Assembly: GCA_950097015.1 (NCBI GenBank)
Contig: CATNEN010000029.1
Coordinates: 8,246,001-8,310,000, forward strand
DNA from: Macrostomum hystrix
Lineage: Eukaryota > Animalia > Platyhelminthes
Reading direction: 5' to 3'
Length of the DNA stretch: 64,000 nt
Shown here: one piece after another, positions 1 to 11,319 of the stretch
How positions within the stretch are numbered: position 1 is the stretch's first letter
Layout: every line of letters begins with the position of its first letter
The notes under the pieces: model-generated
Database searches by the model: none
Told to the model about the DNA's origin: nothing
What the model saw: the letters and a program-made list of their open reading frames with translations, nothing else
Translations under genes and position numbers: made by a program

Positions 1-945
1 TTCTGGTGTCTCAAGGTGCAATTGGTTAGACAAATACTCTGTTACCTTTAAGTCACCAATACCTGCAATAAATTGGTCAAGCACCATAGTTTGGACTACT
101 TCACTATTGGCATTTTCTGGATAAGCTTGAATGGCTAGATTTTGTAAGTTTGTCAAGAATTGCTCAAATGTTTCATTAGGCTTCCTAGTTAGGGTCCGAA
201 CTTCTCTTCTAAGAACAATACTAGTTTTCTCACCTTGTCTACTCTTTAAAAATTGCACACATGAGTCATAGGTAGCATTTGGCAGTTGTTCAAGAGGTGT
301 ATCTAGAGGCATACTTGCTGATGCACATGCATTTGCCAACCAGGCTCTATAAGAACTAAAGACTGGACCTAAGAAAGCAACAAGTGTTTGAATTTTGATA
401 GCATCAGTCAAGCTAGGGAATCTGCAAAGATAATTATCGATTCTAGCAATGAAATCAGAAAAATCTTCCTTGCCATTAAATGGTGCTGGCTTAGGCACAG
501 GAGGAATCTGGTAAGATGTTGGCATAGGCTCAATGCTAGTGTGCTTTTGTGCTTGAAAAACTTGAGGCACTGGGCCTAAGAAAAGGCTAGGATTGGTAGC
601 ATTGGTTGGCTCTGAATTGGCAATACATGATGCTTCATCTAAAAATGGATTAGTGCTTCTTGATGGATTGTGGTTTATCCACTCTTGAACTCTCATATTT
701 TCTTGTGCAGATGATGATGGAACATATGGTTCTCTATGACCATAATCTATATGGAAAGGATTTGTTTGTATTGTTGGTTCAGTTCTATTGATTTGTTCTG
801 GTGGGTTAAAGAATGAATAGTCTGCATTTGGGTTTGACTGGAAGTCACCAGATTGGCCTGGCCAAGGGTTGGATTGAATTGGCACAGGTGCTCTCTGAAC
901 TGATCGATTTCTTAATTCAATTGTGTCCATTAAGTGTTGAGACAT
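1..945 (-). CDS. Retrotransposon Gag-like protein (Ty3/Gypsy type), truncated by the window edge
   Basis: Manual translation from ATG at 945 gives 315 codons with no stop to position 1 (absent from the ORF track because it has no stop). It contains Gag-like motifs PAPFNGKEDFSDFIARIDNY, RKPNETFEQFLTNLQNLAIQAYP and MVLDQFIAGI, and lies downstream of a PBS and LTR on the same strand. Confidence 0.8.
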   Translation of the reverse strand, partial: MSQHLMDTIELRNRSVQRAPVPIQSNPWPGQSGDFQSNPNADYSFFNPPEQINRTEPTIQTNPFHIDYGHREPYVPSSSAQENMRVQEWINHNPSRSTNPFLDEASCIANSEPTNATNPSLFLGPVPQVFQAQKHTSIEPMPTSYQIPPVPKPAPFNGKEDFSDFIARIDNYLCRFPSLTDAIKIQTLVAFLGPVFSSYRAWLANACASASMPLDTPLEQLPNATYDSCVQFLKSRQGEKTSIVLRREVRTLTRKPNETFEQFLTNLQNLAIQAYPENANSEVVQTMVLDQFIAGIGDLKVTEYLSNQLHLETPE

Positions 946-1339
946 CACAAATGAAATGTAAAGCTAAGATCTTTATTTAACTTAACCTATTAAGACCAAA
1001 CGTTCTATGATTGAGTTTGAAATGTAGTTTGAAACAAAATAAATTATTAGGTAAATACCAAAGGAGAAATAAGTCATTAATGAGATCTAGGCCTAGTTAA
1101 ACTGTAGTTGCAACATGCAATAGGGCCAACAATCAAGAGACTAGCTTTAGACTAACTGAGATTTAGTGAGACAATATATAACCAGAAAATACAGATAAAG
1201 TGTATGCCTATGTAGATATTAACAAATTTCGATATCAGAGAAGAGATTACTCAAAACTATATACAAAGTAAATGAATATGAATCCAGATTATATTAAAAT
1301 AGCTAATAGATTCCAGCAGAGTCTAACATTTAGAGTATG

Positions 1340-1357
1340 GTCCTGGCGTGGTCGCCA
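1340..1357 (-). promoter_or_regulatory. Primer-binding site, complementary to a tRNA 3' end (likely tRNA-Arg)
   Basis: The plus strand GTCCTGGCGTGGTCGCCA reads as a tRNA T-stem 3' half, acceptor strand CGTGGTC, discriminator G and CCA. It lies 2 nt from the LTR end. The Arg assignment comes from recalled GACC-starting Arg-TCG tRNAs and was not searched. Confidence 0.7.
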
Positions 1358-2256
1358 TTTGTAATGAAATTATTGGTCGGTGGTCGCCATTTAAAATGAA
1401 TTGTAAATCGTTTTGAAGGGCTGCAGCTTAATGTAATATAATTAGTAATAGGGCCTACTTCTGTTATATAAATTACGCCGCTTTGCTGACGCACGCGCTT
1501 ACAATATAGAGCAAGATTAGTTAAAGGTGGTTATATTAATTATAATCTAATGTTCGAATATTCTAATTATCTAAACTTAGTGGCTAATCCCGATGCGCGC
1601 GCGCGTGTCAGAAAACCGGTTGCAACTGGTGTCACTTTATATTTAACTTGTCAAGCGTAGATTTAACAAATACTAAATACATAATTAATACAAACATCCG
1701 TACGAAAATACCGGTAATATGAGAAGATGATTTAGCATAAATTTAGTTGTAATAACAGTACACAAGAAATATTTTGATTTTACTAACAATTTAAAATAGA
1801 CGAATTATTTCATTACAGATTCATGCTGCTTTTTGCTGGACACCGCGCTTATGGCACTGAATCGCGCGATATGTATCTTCCACGGACAAATAATTAGGAC
1901 AGAAGGGACTTTGTATATGTAGACAGTACAGATCCGGAGTATTGTATCTAATTCATTATCTCAGCGCCTCCATCTGGCAAACTAAAAAGAGCAGTGATTT
2001 TGTGAAAAAAATTAAAGTAAAAAAGTTGAATCCAGCTGAATTACTTTGTTCATTACTAAGCTTGTCCAATTTAGAAATGTATTTGGAAGCCTTTTCTGGT
2101 CTAACAGATTTTTGGACAAAATAAGACCCTTTGCCTTAGACTCTGAGATCTGTAGGCCTAGTAGCTGTTACCTTGTATTGTACCAATAATAATATTATTA
2201 GATCTACTTATTTACTAGTTTTAGTTCTCAGTTAGAGGCCTAGTTTAAACCAAAAC

Positions 2257-5200
2257 ATGTCTATATTTATCCTTACTTTCTATATTTTATGTGCCGCTTG
2301 TTTTGCTTTGTATATTTACTCACGGAAGTCTAGAATACAACCAGAAGGTAGTAATGACCCAGCTTATGTGTCCTTCCGAAATTCTTATTTGGTGGTCTAT
2401 CTACTTGGAATGGGTAAGTATATAGTATATATTTTCTCTTTATTCATTTATGTGCTTATGTGAAATAATATTCTTAAATTTTTTTGTGACATTTTTATGC
2501 TAGTTAGTAAAATTCTTAGTTCAATTTAAACTCCAATTGTTGAAGTTCCTTTTTTATGTGTATACTTCTTTATTACTTAGTAGGCCTTGAAAGGTACCTG
2601 AATAAATAATATATAAATAAATATATGAAAACAATTTTGCTTTTTCGTTTTCCCCTAGCTTATTAAATACATTGAAAAATATGTGCAACCTTTGTCCATA
2701 GTTTCTCTTGTACATAATATGCCCTAGCCAAGTTGATGGCAAAATTTCTATTCAGGGGAGGATCTATGAGGGGCTGAGAAGCTATGCCTATGGCTTTCCT
2801 TGATTTTCACTTCCATTTTATTATCAATTTTATTTATCTATCCATGATTTTTGTCTAAAACTTCCTGTAATCTTTTGTTATTAAGGATTTAATAAGAAAG
2901 ATATATTTACCTTTTCCCTGTCCTATAGTAATTGTGGGACCACTTTTTGGACATTGTTATAATGCTTAAATAAAAGCCATCTAATATACTCGCTCTTGTT
3001 AGATGACGAGGCATTTAGGTTAGCATATAGGAGTATAGTTACTCCCGCCCTTTACCCAAAGTTCTGCACCAGGCAGGATGACCAAGAGTATAAAATATTT
3101 TCTCATCAATAATCTATTGTCTGGAATATGAACTCTTTCCTCTCTGTAACTCACGTATAGCTGGAGACTGGCTGCAGGGCCCATATGTGTATGCCCTGTA
3201 CGAGCACTACGGCATGTCCAAGCGCCACATTGAATTCTTATTTGTTGCTGGCTTTGGGGCCAGCATGATATTCGGCACCATAGTCGGCTCCTTCGCTGAT
3301 AAATTTGGTCGCAAACGTAACTGCATAATCTATGGCATTATCTACGGCCTGTCCTGCCTCACAAAGCATTTCAATAATTTCTGGATTCTGCTGCTTGGAA
3401 GACTGCTTGGCGGCACGGCCACCAGCATCCTGTGGAGCGGCTTCGAGTCCTGGCTGGTGCATGAACATCATAGCCGCGGCTACAGTGAGCGCCTGCTAGA
3501 GGAGACTTTCAGTTGGGCAATCTTTGGAAATAGCATCGCTGCTATCCTGAGCGGCCTGGTGTCACAGTACGCAGTTGACAACTTCGGCTTCGTGGCGCCG
3601 TTCGACTGCGCCCTATTGGTCCTGGCGGCAATGACCGTCATCGCCGGGCTCCGCTGGCCGGAGAACTACGGCGACGCCAATGCGGAACTGCGGGCTAGCT
3701 TTGTAGCCGCCTGGAACACTGTACGCTCCGACCGGAAGGTGCTCAGTCTGGGCATCACGCAGGCCCTATTTGAAGGCAGCATGTACTGCTTTGTGCTGGA
3801 GTGGACACCGGCACTCACTCCAGACAAACCGGGTTAGTGTTAGAGAATACATTAATAATAATTGCTGGAGGGCTCCGGGCAATGGCACACCATTTAGTGA
3901 CACTAGACCCGCCGCCAGCGAGGAGGCAATTCTGCCCATTTCGCTGATTCATAAGCACACACTCACACGGATACTGTACGCTATCTATCACCTTTCTCAT
4001 TGTCAGGCAGTGTACACTTTCACTGTGCCTTGAGGGTGGGTCCTCAAGAGTGTAAATTGCACGACAAGCCCCAAGCCTTCTCTCCGCGGCTGCGCCCCAA
4101 ATAAATGTGGCCTCTGCGGAACGGAGCTCAAGGACCTTCAAGCGAGAGGCAGCCTAGTATCATAAGTTCGAGCTTCGGACTTTTTGAACGGTCGGGGGTT
4201 CGAATCTCGGCAGCAATTTTTGTACTTGAGAGAGGCACTAAATTCCATAGTGCTTCAATCTTCAATTCACCCATCTCTAGGTTAGCAGTTTAGGTGGTTT
4301 AGAAACAGCTGCCGAGGTAGTTCTTTGAAGACAAAGAATACGGGTTGGCAGAAATTCTGTTTAAGAATCCTAGCTGGCTTCGTATTAATCCGGCCTTCTT
4401 AAACGATCCGCAGCGGCCCTGGTCGGTGGCTCGGGTCACGCGGGCAAGATTCCGCACGGCTACATATTCGCTGCCTACATGGTCAGCATGATGATCGGCA
4501 GCCAGCTGTTCGGCTTCTGCTGCGCCAGAGCCCGCCCGGAGAGTTTCATGCGTTGGGTGTTCGCCATCAGTGCCCTGTGCTTCGCTCTGCCTGCCTGGCG
4601 CAAGACCGACTCTCTCATACCGGCCACCTTTGTCGGGTTCCTGGCTTTCGAGGCCTGCATCGGCCTGTTCTGGCCCGCCATTGGCACCATGCGTGGCAGA
4701 TACGTGCCTGATGCCAGTGAGATTTGCGTGCTCTTCATTCTCCTGTTTATTTTAGACATCATTTTCCCCAGTCCTTACGAGTAGCTCAAATATCCCTATT
4801 CGAACTATTTAAAATCCTCATCCCAACTCTTAAATCTCTATTCCCACTCTTTATATCCCCGTTGCCTTTTTTGATATCCCCATTACAATTCTTAGTCTTC
4901 CCACTCTTGATATCCCCATTCCCACTCTTGCTATTCCCCTTCCCACTCTTATGTCCCTATTCCCACTTTTGATGTTCCCCTTCGCACTCTTTTGTCCCTA
5001 TTCCCACTCTTGATGTTCCCCTTCCCACTCTTGATATCCCTATTCCCACTCTTGATGTTCCCCTTCCCACTCTTATGTCCCTATTCCCACTCTTGATGTT
5101 CCCCTTCCCACTCTTGATATCCCTATTCCCACTTTTGATGTTCCCCTTCGCACTCTTTTGTCCCTATTCCCACTCTTGATGTTCCCCTTCCCACTCTTGA

Positions 5201-8200
5201 TATCCCTATTCCCACTCTTGATGTTCCCCTTCCCACTCTTATGTCCCTATTCCCACTCTTATGTCCCTATTCCCACTCTTATGTCCCTATTCCCACTCTT
5301 ATGTCCCTATTCCCACTCTGATGTCCCTATTCCCACTCTTGATGTTCCCCTTCCCACTCTTATGTCCCTATTCCCACTCTTGATGTTCCCCTTCCCACTC
5401 TTATGTCCCTATTCCCACTTTTGATGTTCCCCTTCCCACTCTTATGTCCCTATTCCCACTTTTGATGTTCCCCTTCCCACTCTTATGTCCCTATTCCCAC
5501 TCTTGATATTCCCCTTCCCACTCTTATGTCCCTATTCCCACTCTTATGTCCCTATTCCCACTCTTATGTCCCTATTCCCACTCTTATGTCCCTATTCCCA
5601 CTCTGATGTCCCTATTCCCACTCTTGATGTTCCCCTTCCCACTCTTATGTCCCTATTCCCACTCTTGATGTTCCCCTTCCCACTCTTATGTCCCTATTCC
5701 CACTATTGATGTTCCCCTTCCCACTCTTGATATCCCCATTCCCACTCTTGCTATTCCCCTTCCCACTCTTATGTCCCTATTCACACTATTTCTATTCCCC
5801 TTCCCACTCTTATGTCCCTATTCCCACTCTTGATGTTCCCCTTCCCACTCTTCAATCCCTATTCCGGCTCATGATATCCCCATTCCTACTCTTGATACCC
5901 CCATTCCAACTGTTTATATCTCGCTCTTAATTCTGTCCCTGTCTTTGCTCTTAAAGTCTCCTTCTTCCGCTGAAATGTTCCTTTATCACCATATGTTTCA
6001 TCCCTTCTAATAAGTAGCCTGCATTGCTGTTCCAGCCCGAGCCACCATCATGAACTTCTTTCGCGTGCCGCTGAATCTGGTTGTCGTTTTAATATTGACG
6101 CAGGACTTTCCTATAGCCCTGATTTTCAAGTGTTGCGCAGTATTCCTGTTTATATCGTTCCTCACTCAGGTCTACCTAAACCGGTGAGTTTGTGCTTGTT
6201 TAATACGCGTGAGCCGCGAATTGCCATTAGAGCTTTCCGGCTTTAGTAAATAATTTTATAGAGTTTATTCTATTTCATTCTCATTTTGATACGCATGAGA
6301 GACAAGAGTAACAGATGAATGATAGAAGAGTGACTGGTGAATGACAGAAATAGGGACAGGTGAATGATAGAAGAGGGACAGGTGAATGACAGAAAGAGGG
6401 ACAGGTGAATGGCAGAAAGAGGGACAGGTGAATGACAGAAATAGGGACAGGTGAATGACAGAAAAGGGTACAGGTGAATGATAGAAATAGGGACAGGTGA
6501 ATGACATGAAGAGTGACTGGTGAATGACAGAAAAGGGTACAGGTGAATGATAGAAATAGGGACAGGTGAATGACAGAAAAGGGGACAGGTGAATGACAGA
6601 AATAGAGACAGGTGAATGACAGAAAGGACAGTTTAATGACATGAAGAGGGAGTGTTATTGAGGAGACGGAGTGAGGGGGAATTATTCTGGTGAGTTCATT
6701 CGCTATTTTTGTCCCTATTGAATTTATCCTAGCGCATGCAAACTAAAACAATATGCAAATACTAAAACACCCTTGTAACTCAATGAAGTGACACTGCTGT
6801 GAAACAGACTCTATGCATCACCAGAGGCAGCATTCGACTCTCTGTCTAGTCTGAGATCATATGCCAATTGTAACTAACTAAATAATATCACTGGTTTCTA
6901 TTGTTATCTAAGCAACAATAGATTAGCTTATTAACATTTCATAGTAGCGAGCACACATCTTAGCGATAGATTTGCTAGTATTGTCATTTGCTACTCGCGA
7001 TTTAAAGCATTTTCGTAGTCATATTTGCACTTTTGGTTGAAGGTACGAGCAGCTATTCAAACCTTGTTTAAGTCACACTTGATTGAATTTTTATAACCGA
7101 CATTAGGTGAATTTATTTATGCATTTTCAATAATTCAGCTGTCATTGTTAAATATGTGTGCACAGGGCACAGGTGTTCTGATTCTCTGTTGATTAATTTA
7201 GTCAATTAAGCATTAGTGGCTTCTTCCCCAGGTGAATATTTCCCGTCATATGTCTCTATTAGCTGAATATTGGGCTTTAGAAAACGGGCGTTTTTTTTAT
7301 TTACGAGCAATAAAATGTGCACATAATTTTGGCGTTGGATGGAGGTTTTTGTGAAACTCTACGGTGGTAGTGTAGCTTCTCAAAACTTGGACTATTGTTA
7401 ATTTGAATTCTTTGCCTTCAATACTTTGTAGGCAGGATAATGATTGCTCCACCAACGTCGCTTATCCTTGCTAACTAGGAATATCGCTAATCCTCGTTCT
7501 CCTAATATCGCTAATCCTCGTTCTCCTAATATCGCTAATCCTTGTTCTCCTAATATCGCTAATCCTTGTTCTCCTAATATCGCTAATCCTTGTTCTCCTA
7601 ATATCGCTAATCCTCGTTCTCCTAATATCGCTAATCCTTGTTCTCCTAATATCGCTAATCCTTGTTCTCCTAATATCGCTAATCCTCGTTCTCCTAATAT
7701 CGCTAATCCTTGTTCTCCTAATATCGCTAATCCTTGTTCTCCTAATATCGCTTATCATTGTTGTTCTAATTTCGCTAATCCTTACTTCCATTATGTCGCT
7801 AATCCTTGCTACAATAATCTCGCTAATCAGTGCTGCCCTAATCTCGCTAATCATTGCTTTTATTAAATCGTTAATCCTTGCTACCATCATGTCGCTATTA
7901 CTTGCTACCCTAATCTCGCTAATCCTTTCTACCCTTATGTCGTTAATCCTTGCTACCATTATGTCGCTAATCCTTTCTACCCTCATGTCGTTAATGCTTG
8001 CTACCAATTTGTCGCTAATCCTTGCTACCATTATGTCGCTAATCCTTGCTACCCCTATATTGCTAATCCTTTCTACCCTTATGTCGTTAATGCTTGCTAC
8101 CAATTTGTCTCTAATCCTTGCTACCAACTTGTCGCTAATCCTTGCTACCCCTTTGTCGCTAATCTATGACACTCTGATTTCGCTAATCCTTTCTCCTCTA

Positions 8201-8500
8201 ATACAGCTAATGAATTTACTATAATGTCACTATTTCTAGTTATCTTAGTCTCTCACAAAAATCTAACACATCAGTGTCAAATAAATATATTAAAAATTCA
8301 CCTGCAATTCGGTGCGCAGAATTACTCGCGGCCAGGACATGGACCGGCTAGATGAGTTGCAGCAGCAGCAGCAGCAGCTGGAGCAGCAGCAGAAATCTGA
8401 GCTAAGAATGCAAAATCCATCTGAAATCGATGACAGCATTCAGTCTAATAAAGAAACAGATCCTCAGACTGAAAATAGATGCGCTCAACTTCTAGTCTGA
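2257..8500 (+). CDS. MFSD5: MFS transporter MFSD5 (molybdate-anion transporter family); exons 2257-2413, 3161-3832, 4414-4716, 6036-6183, 8320-8500
   Basis: All four introns are GT-AG with consistent phases (1,1,1,2). Family motifs: AGDWLQGPYVY, ADKFGRKRNC, FESWLVHEH, LFEGSMYCFVLEWTP, IPHGYIFAAYMVSMMIGS, RATIMNFFRVPLN. The last exon encodes a Q-rich tail and is the least certain. Confidence 0.9.
2999..3057 (-). other. Diverged 28S rRNA-like fragment (R2/I-PpoI target region) in MFSD5 intron 1
   Basis: TTAGATGACGAGGCATTT (2999-3016) and TAGTTACTCCCGCCCTTTACCC (3036-3057) match the reverse complement of the conserved eukaryotic 28S segment GGGTAAACGGCGGGAGTAACTA...AAATGCCTCGTCATCTAA (1 mismatch), at the correct 19-nt spacing. 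Confidence 0.75.
3847..4155 (-). mobile_element. tRNA-derived SINE, copy 1 (MFSD5 intron 2)
   Basis: Shares the core AGCGAGGAGGCAATTCTGCCCATTTCGCTGA...CAGGCAGTGTACAC with five other loci in the window. Confidence 0.75.
4155..4215 (+). pseudogene. tRNA-like remnant
   Basis: GAGCTTCGGACTTTTTGAACGGTCGGGGGTTCGAATCTC contains a B-box (GGTTCGAATC) and resembles the tRNA-like pieces at 44001 and 57431. Confidence 0.35.
4898..5905. repeat. Minisatellite, 20-21 bp units (CCCACTCTTATGTCCCTATT / TTCCCACTCTTGATGTTCCCC), MFSD5 intron 3
   Basis: Tandem units visible directly; it explains the PFPLL/YSHS ORFs. Confidence 0.95.
6310..6645. repeat. Minisatellite, ~23 bp (GACAGGTGAATGACAGAAATAGG), MFSD5 intron 4
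   Basis: Tandem units visible directly. Confidence 0.9.
7478..8200. repeat. Minisatellite, 24 bp (AATATCGCTAATCCTTGTTCTCCT) with a diverged right half
   Basis: About 11 near-perfect units to ~7755, then degenerate GTCGCTAATCCTTGCTACC units. Confidence 0.9.
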
Positions 8501-8741
8501 GCTGTCTCGTACTTGTTTGACTTCTGTCTACTACGAGTACTTAGGCATACTTAGATTTGCTTTTCGCTTAGAGACTTTGGCTCACTTAGAAACGCAGCGC
8601 ATTGTGTGTATTGTCCTTTTTAATGTATTCTTAGTGCCAAATTCAACTGCAGGTTCTTTGTATTAGTCTAATAATGCTTCTGTTGCTTATTTCTTTGAAT
8701 ATTTATTGTTCTTCCCTTCAGGATTTGTTAATGGGACTCAC

Positions 8742-10420
8742 CCTTCCTCCCTTCATGGTCTGTTGATGTGCCTGATCATTCCTCCCTTCATGGTCTGTTG
8801 ATGTGCCTGATCCTTCCTCCCTTCATGGTCTGTTGATGTGTCTGATCCTTCCTCCCTTCATGGTCTGTTGATGTGCCTGATCCTTCCTCCCTTCATGGTC
8901 TGTTGATGTGCCTGATCCTTCCTCCCTTCATGGTCTGTTGATGTGTCTGATCCTTCCTCCCTTCATGGTCTGTTGATGTGTCTGATCCTTCCTCCCTTCA
9001 TGGTCTGTTGATGTGCCTGATCCTTCCTCCCTTCATGGTCTGTTGATGTGCCTGATCCTTCCTCCCTTCATGGTCTGTTGATGTGCCTGATCCTTCCTCC
9101 CTTCATGGTCTGTTGATGTGCCTGATCCTTCCTCCCTTCATGGTCTGTTGATGTGTCTGATCCTTCCTCCCTTCATGGTCTGTTGATGTGCCTGATCCTT
9201 CCTCCCTTCATGGTCTGTTGATGTGCCTGATCCTTCCTCCCTTCATGGTCTGTTGATGTGTCTGATCCTTCCTCCCTTCATGGTCTGTTGATGTGCCTGA
9301 TCCTTCCTCCCTTCATGGTCTGTTGATGTGCCTGATCCTTCCTCCCTTCATGGTCTGTTGATGTGCAATCCTTCCTCCCTTCATGGTCTGTTGATGTGTC
9401 TGATCCTTCCTCCCTTCATGGTCTGTTGATGTGTCTGATCCTTCCTCCCTTCATGGTCTGTTGATGTGCCTGATCCTTCCTCCCTTCATGGTCTGTTGAT
9501 GTGCCTGATCCTTCCTGCCTTCATGGTCTGTTGATGTGCCTGATCCTTCCTCCCTTCATGGTCTGTTGATGTGCCTGATCCTTCCTCCCTTCATGGTCTG
9601 TTGATGTGCCTGATCCTTCCTCCCTTCATGGTCTGTTGATGTGTCTGATCCTTCCTCCCTTCATGGTCTGTTGATGTGCCTGATCCTTCCTCCCTTCATG
9701 GTCTGTTGATGTGCCTGATCCTTCCTCCCTTCATGGTCTGTTGATGTGCCTGATCCTTCCTCCCTTCATGGTCTGTTGATGTGCCTGATCCTTCCTCCCT
9801 TCATGGTCTGTTGATGTGTCTGATCCTTCCTCCCTTCATGGTCTGTTGATGTGCCTGATCCTTCCTCCCTTCATGGTCTGTTGATGTGCCTGATCCTTCC
9901 TCCCTTCATGGTCTGTTGATGTGCCTGATCCTTCCTCCCTTCATGGTCTGTTGATGTGCCTGATCCTTCCTCCCTTCATGGTCTGTTGATGTGCCTGATC
10001 CTTCCTGCCTTCATGGTCTGTTGATGTGCCTGATCCTTCCTCCCTTCATGGTCTGTTGATGTGCCTGATCCTTCCTCCCTTCATGGTCTGTTGATGTGCC
10101 TGATCCTTCCTCCCTTCATGGTCTGTTGATGTGCCTGATCCTTCCTGCCTTCATGGTCTGTTGATGTGCCTGATCCTTCCTCCCTTCATGGTCTGTTGAT
10201 GTGCCTGATCCTTCCTCCCTTCATGGTCTGTTGATGTGCCTGATCCTTCCTCCCTTCATGGTCTGTTGATGTGCAATCCTTCCTCCCTTCATGGTCTGTT
10301 GATGTGCCTGATCCTTCCTCCCTTCATGGTCTGTTGATGTGCCTGATCCTTCCTCCCTTCATGGTCTGTTGATGTGCCTGATCCTTCCTCCCTTTATGGT
10401 CTGTTGATGTGCCTGATCCT
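8742..10420. repeat. Minisatellite, 35 bp (CCTTCCTCCCTTCATGGTCTGTTGATGTGCCTGAT), ~48 copies
   Basis: Near-identical tandem units with no spacers. Confidence 0.97.
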
Positions 10421-11046
10421 TCCTGCCTTCAGGTTCATGGCCCTTTTTTACCTCATGTAGGCCATTTTCCTAACCGTGTATTTTTTCTGCTGCTAGTTTT
10501 TGATTTCTTGTTTCTTGTTTTGCTTTGCCATCCGCTGGCCACATTGTTTGCATTGACGACCATATTTTTGCGAATAATACGAGCTAACTTTTGTAAGCTC
10601 TTCTCATAGTTTATTTAATTGCACAGATGAAATTGATTAGTCTAGCTTTGTCTAACTTTAAAAGGCTGAAGTTGTTTTACACTGATTATAGCTTGTACTC
10701 GTACGATATTATCTTATTTATTTTATGTCATATTCATTTTTTACTTCAAACTCAGGAGGAATATGTCTAACATGTTCTTGTGCCCTTTAGTTTCGTGTGT
10801 CTAACAGGTTCCTCTGTACTTTTGTTACGTTTCTTAACTGATCAGTTAATCGAGCTTGGTCATTGGTCTCATCTATGATATCGTGGAACTATTTATTCGA
10901 CAATAATTCTGGTAGCTCTACTTGTTCAGTAGTCGAATTGGCGCAATACTAAAGCAAAAAATCTAATCATTGGAGAGAAATTTGCTAAGGAAATTAGTAC
11001 TCAACATGCACCTGTCTGAAATTTGCAAATTTGATACTTTTAACTC

Positions 11047-11298
11047 TCACAAGATATCATCAAGTGCTAGGTTGTATCGTGCTATCAAAATATTAACGGA
11101 AGCGAGTGATACGTAGTTTAAATTTGCAAATTTTCTGATTGGATTGAATGTATCTGATCGGTTCTTGACTGTTAGCACAGGCAGTATGGCTCTAACTACA
11201 TGCTTACTTGACTTGCTTTGATTCGAAAAATGGCTACATTCACAATACCCTGGATTTGTCATCATCCAATAATAATCTTTGCCTACTAGCCAAAACAT
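11047..11298 (-). pseudogene. Possible degenerate SWIM zinc-finger fragment (MULE transposase-like)
   Basis: GYCECSHFSNQSKSSKHVVRAI fits the SWIM pattern CxC-xn-CKH if AGT (Ser) is a single-base change from TGT (Cys). No other transposase domains were seen. Confidence 0.3.
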
Positions 11299-11319
11299 GC
11301 ATTTTTGCTACCATCTGAT

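Larger units (their letters stand above)
1..1817 (-). mobile_element. 5' end of an LTR retrotransposon (5' LTR 1360-1817, PBS 1340-1357, gag)
   Basis: The 458-bp segment is bounded by 11-bp inverted termini TGTAATGAAAT (1360) and ATTTCATTACA (1817). On the minus strand it is followed after 2 nt by TGGCGACCACGCCAGGAC and then the gag ORF. Confidence 0.8.

Noticed and set aside
8742-10420. CRISPR array (35-bp repeat)
   Set aside because: Units are contiguous with no unique spacers, there are no cas genes, and the context is eukaryotic.
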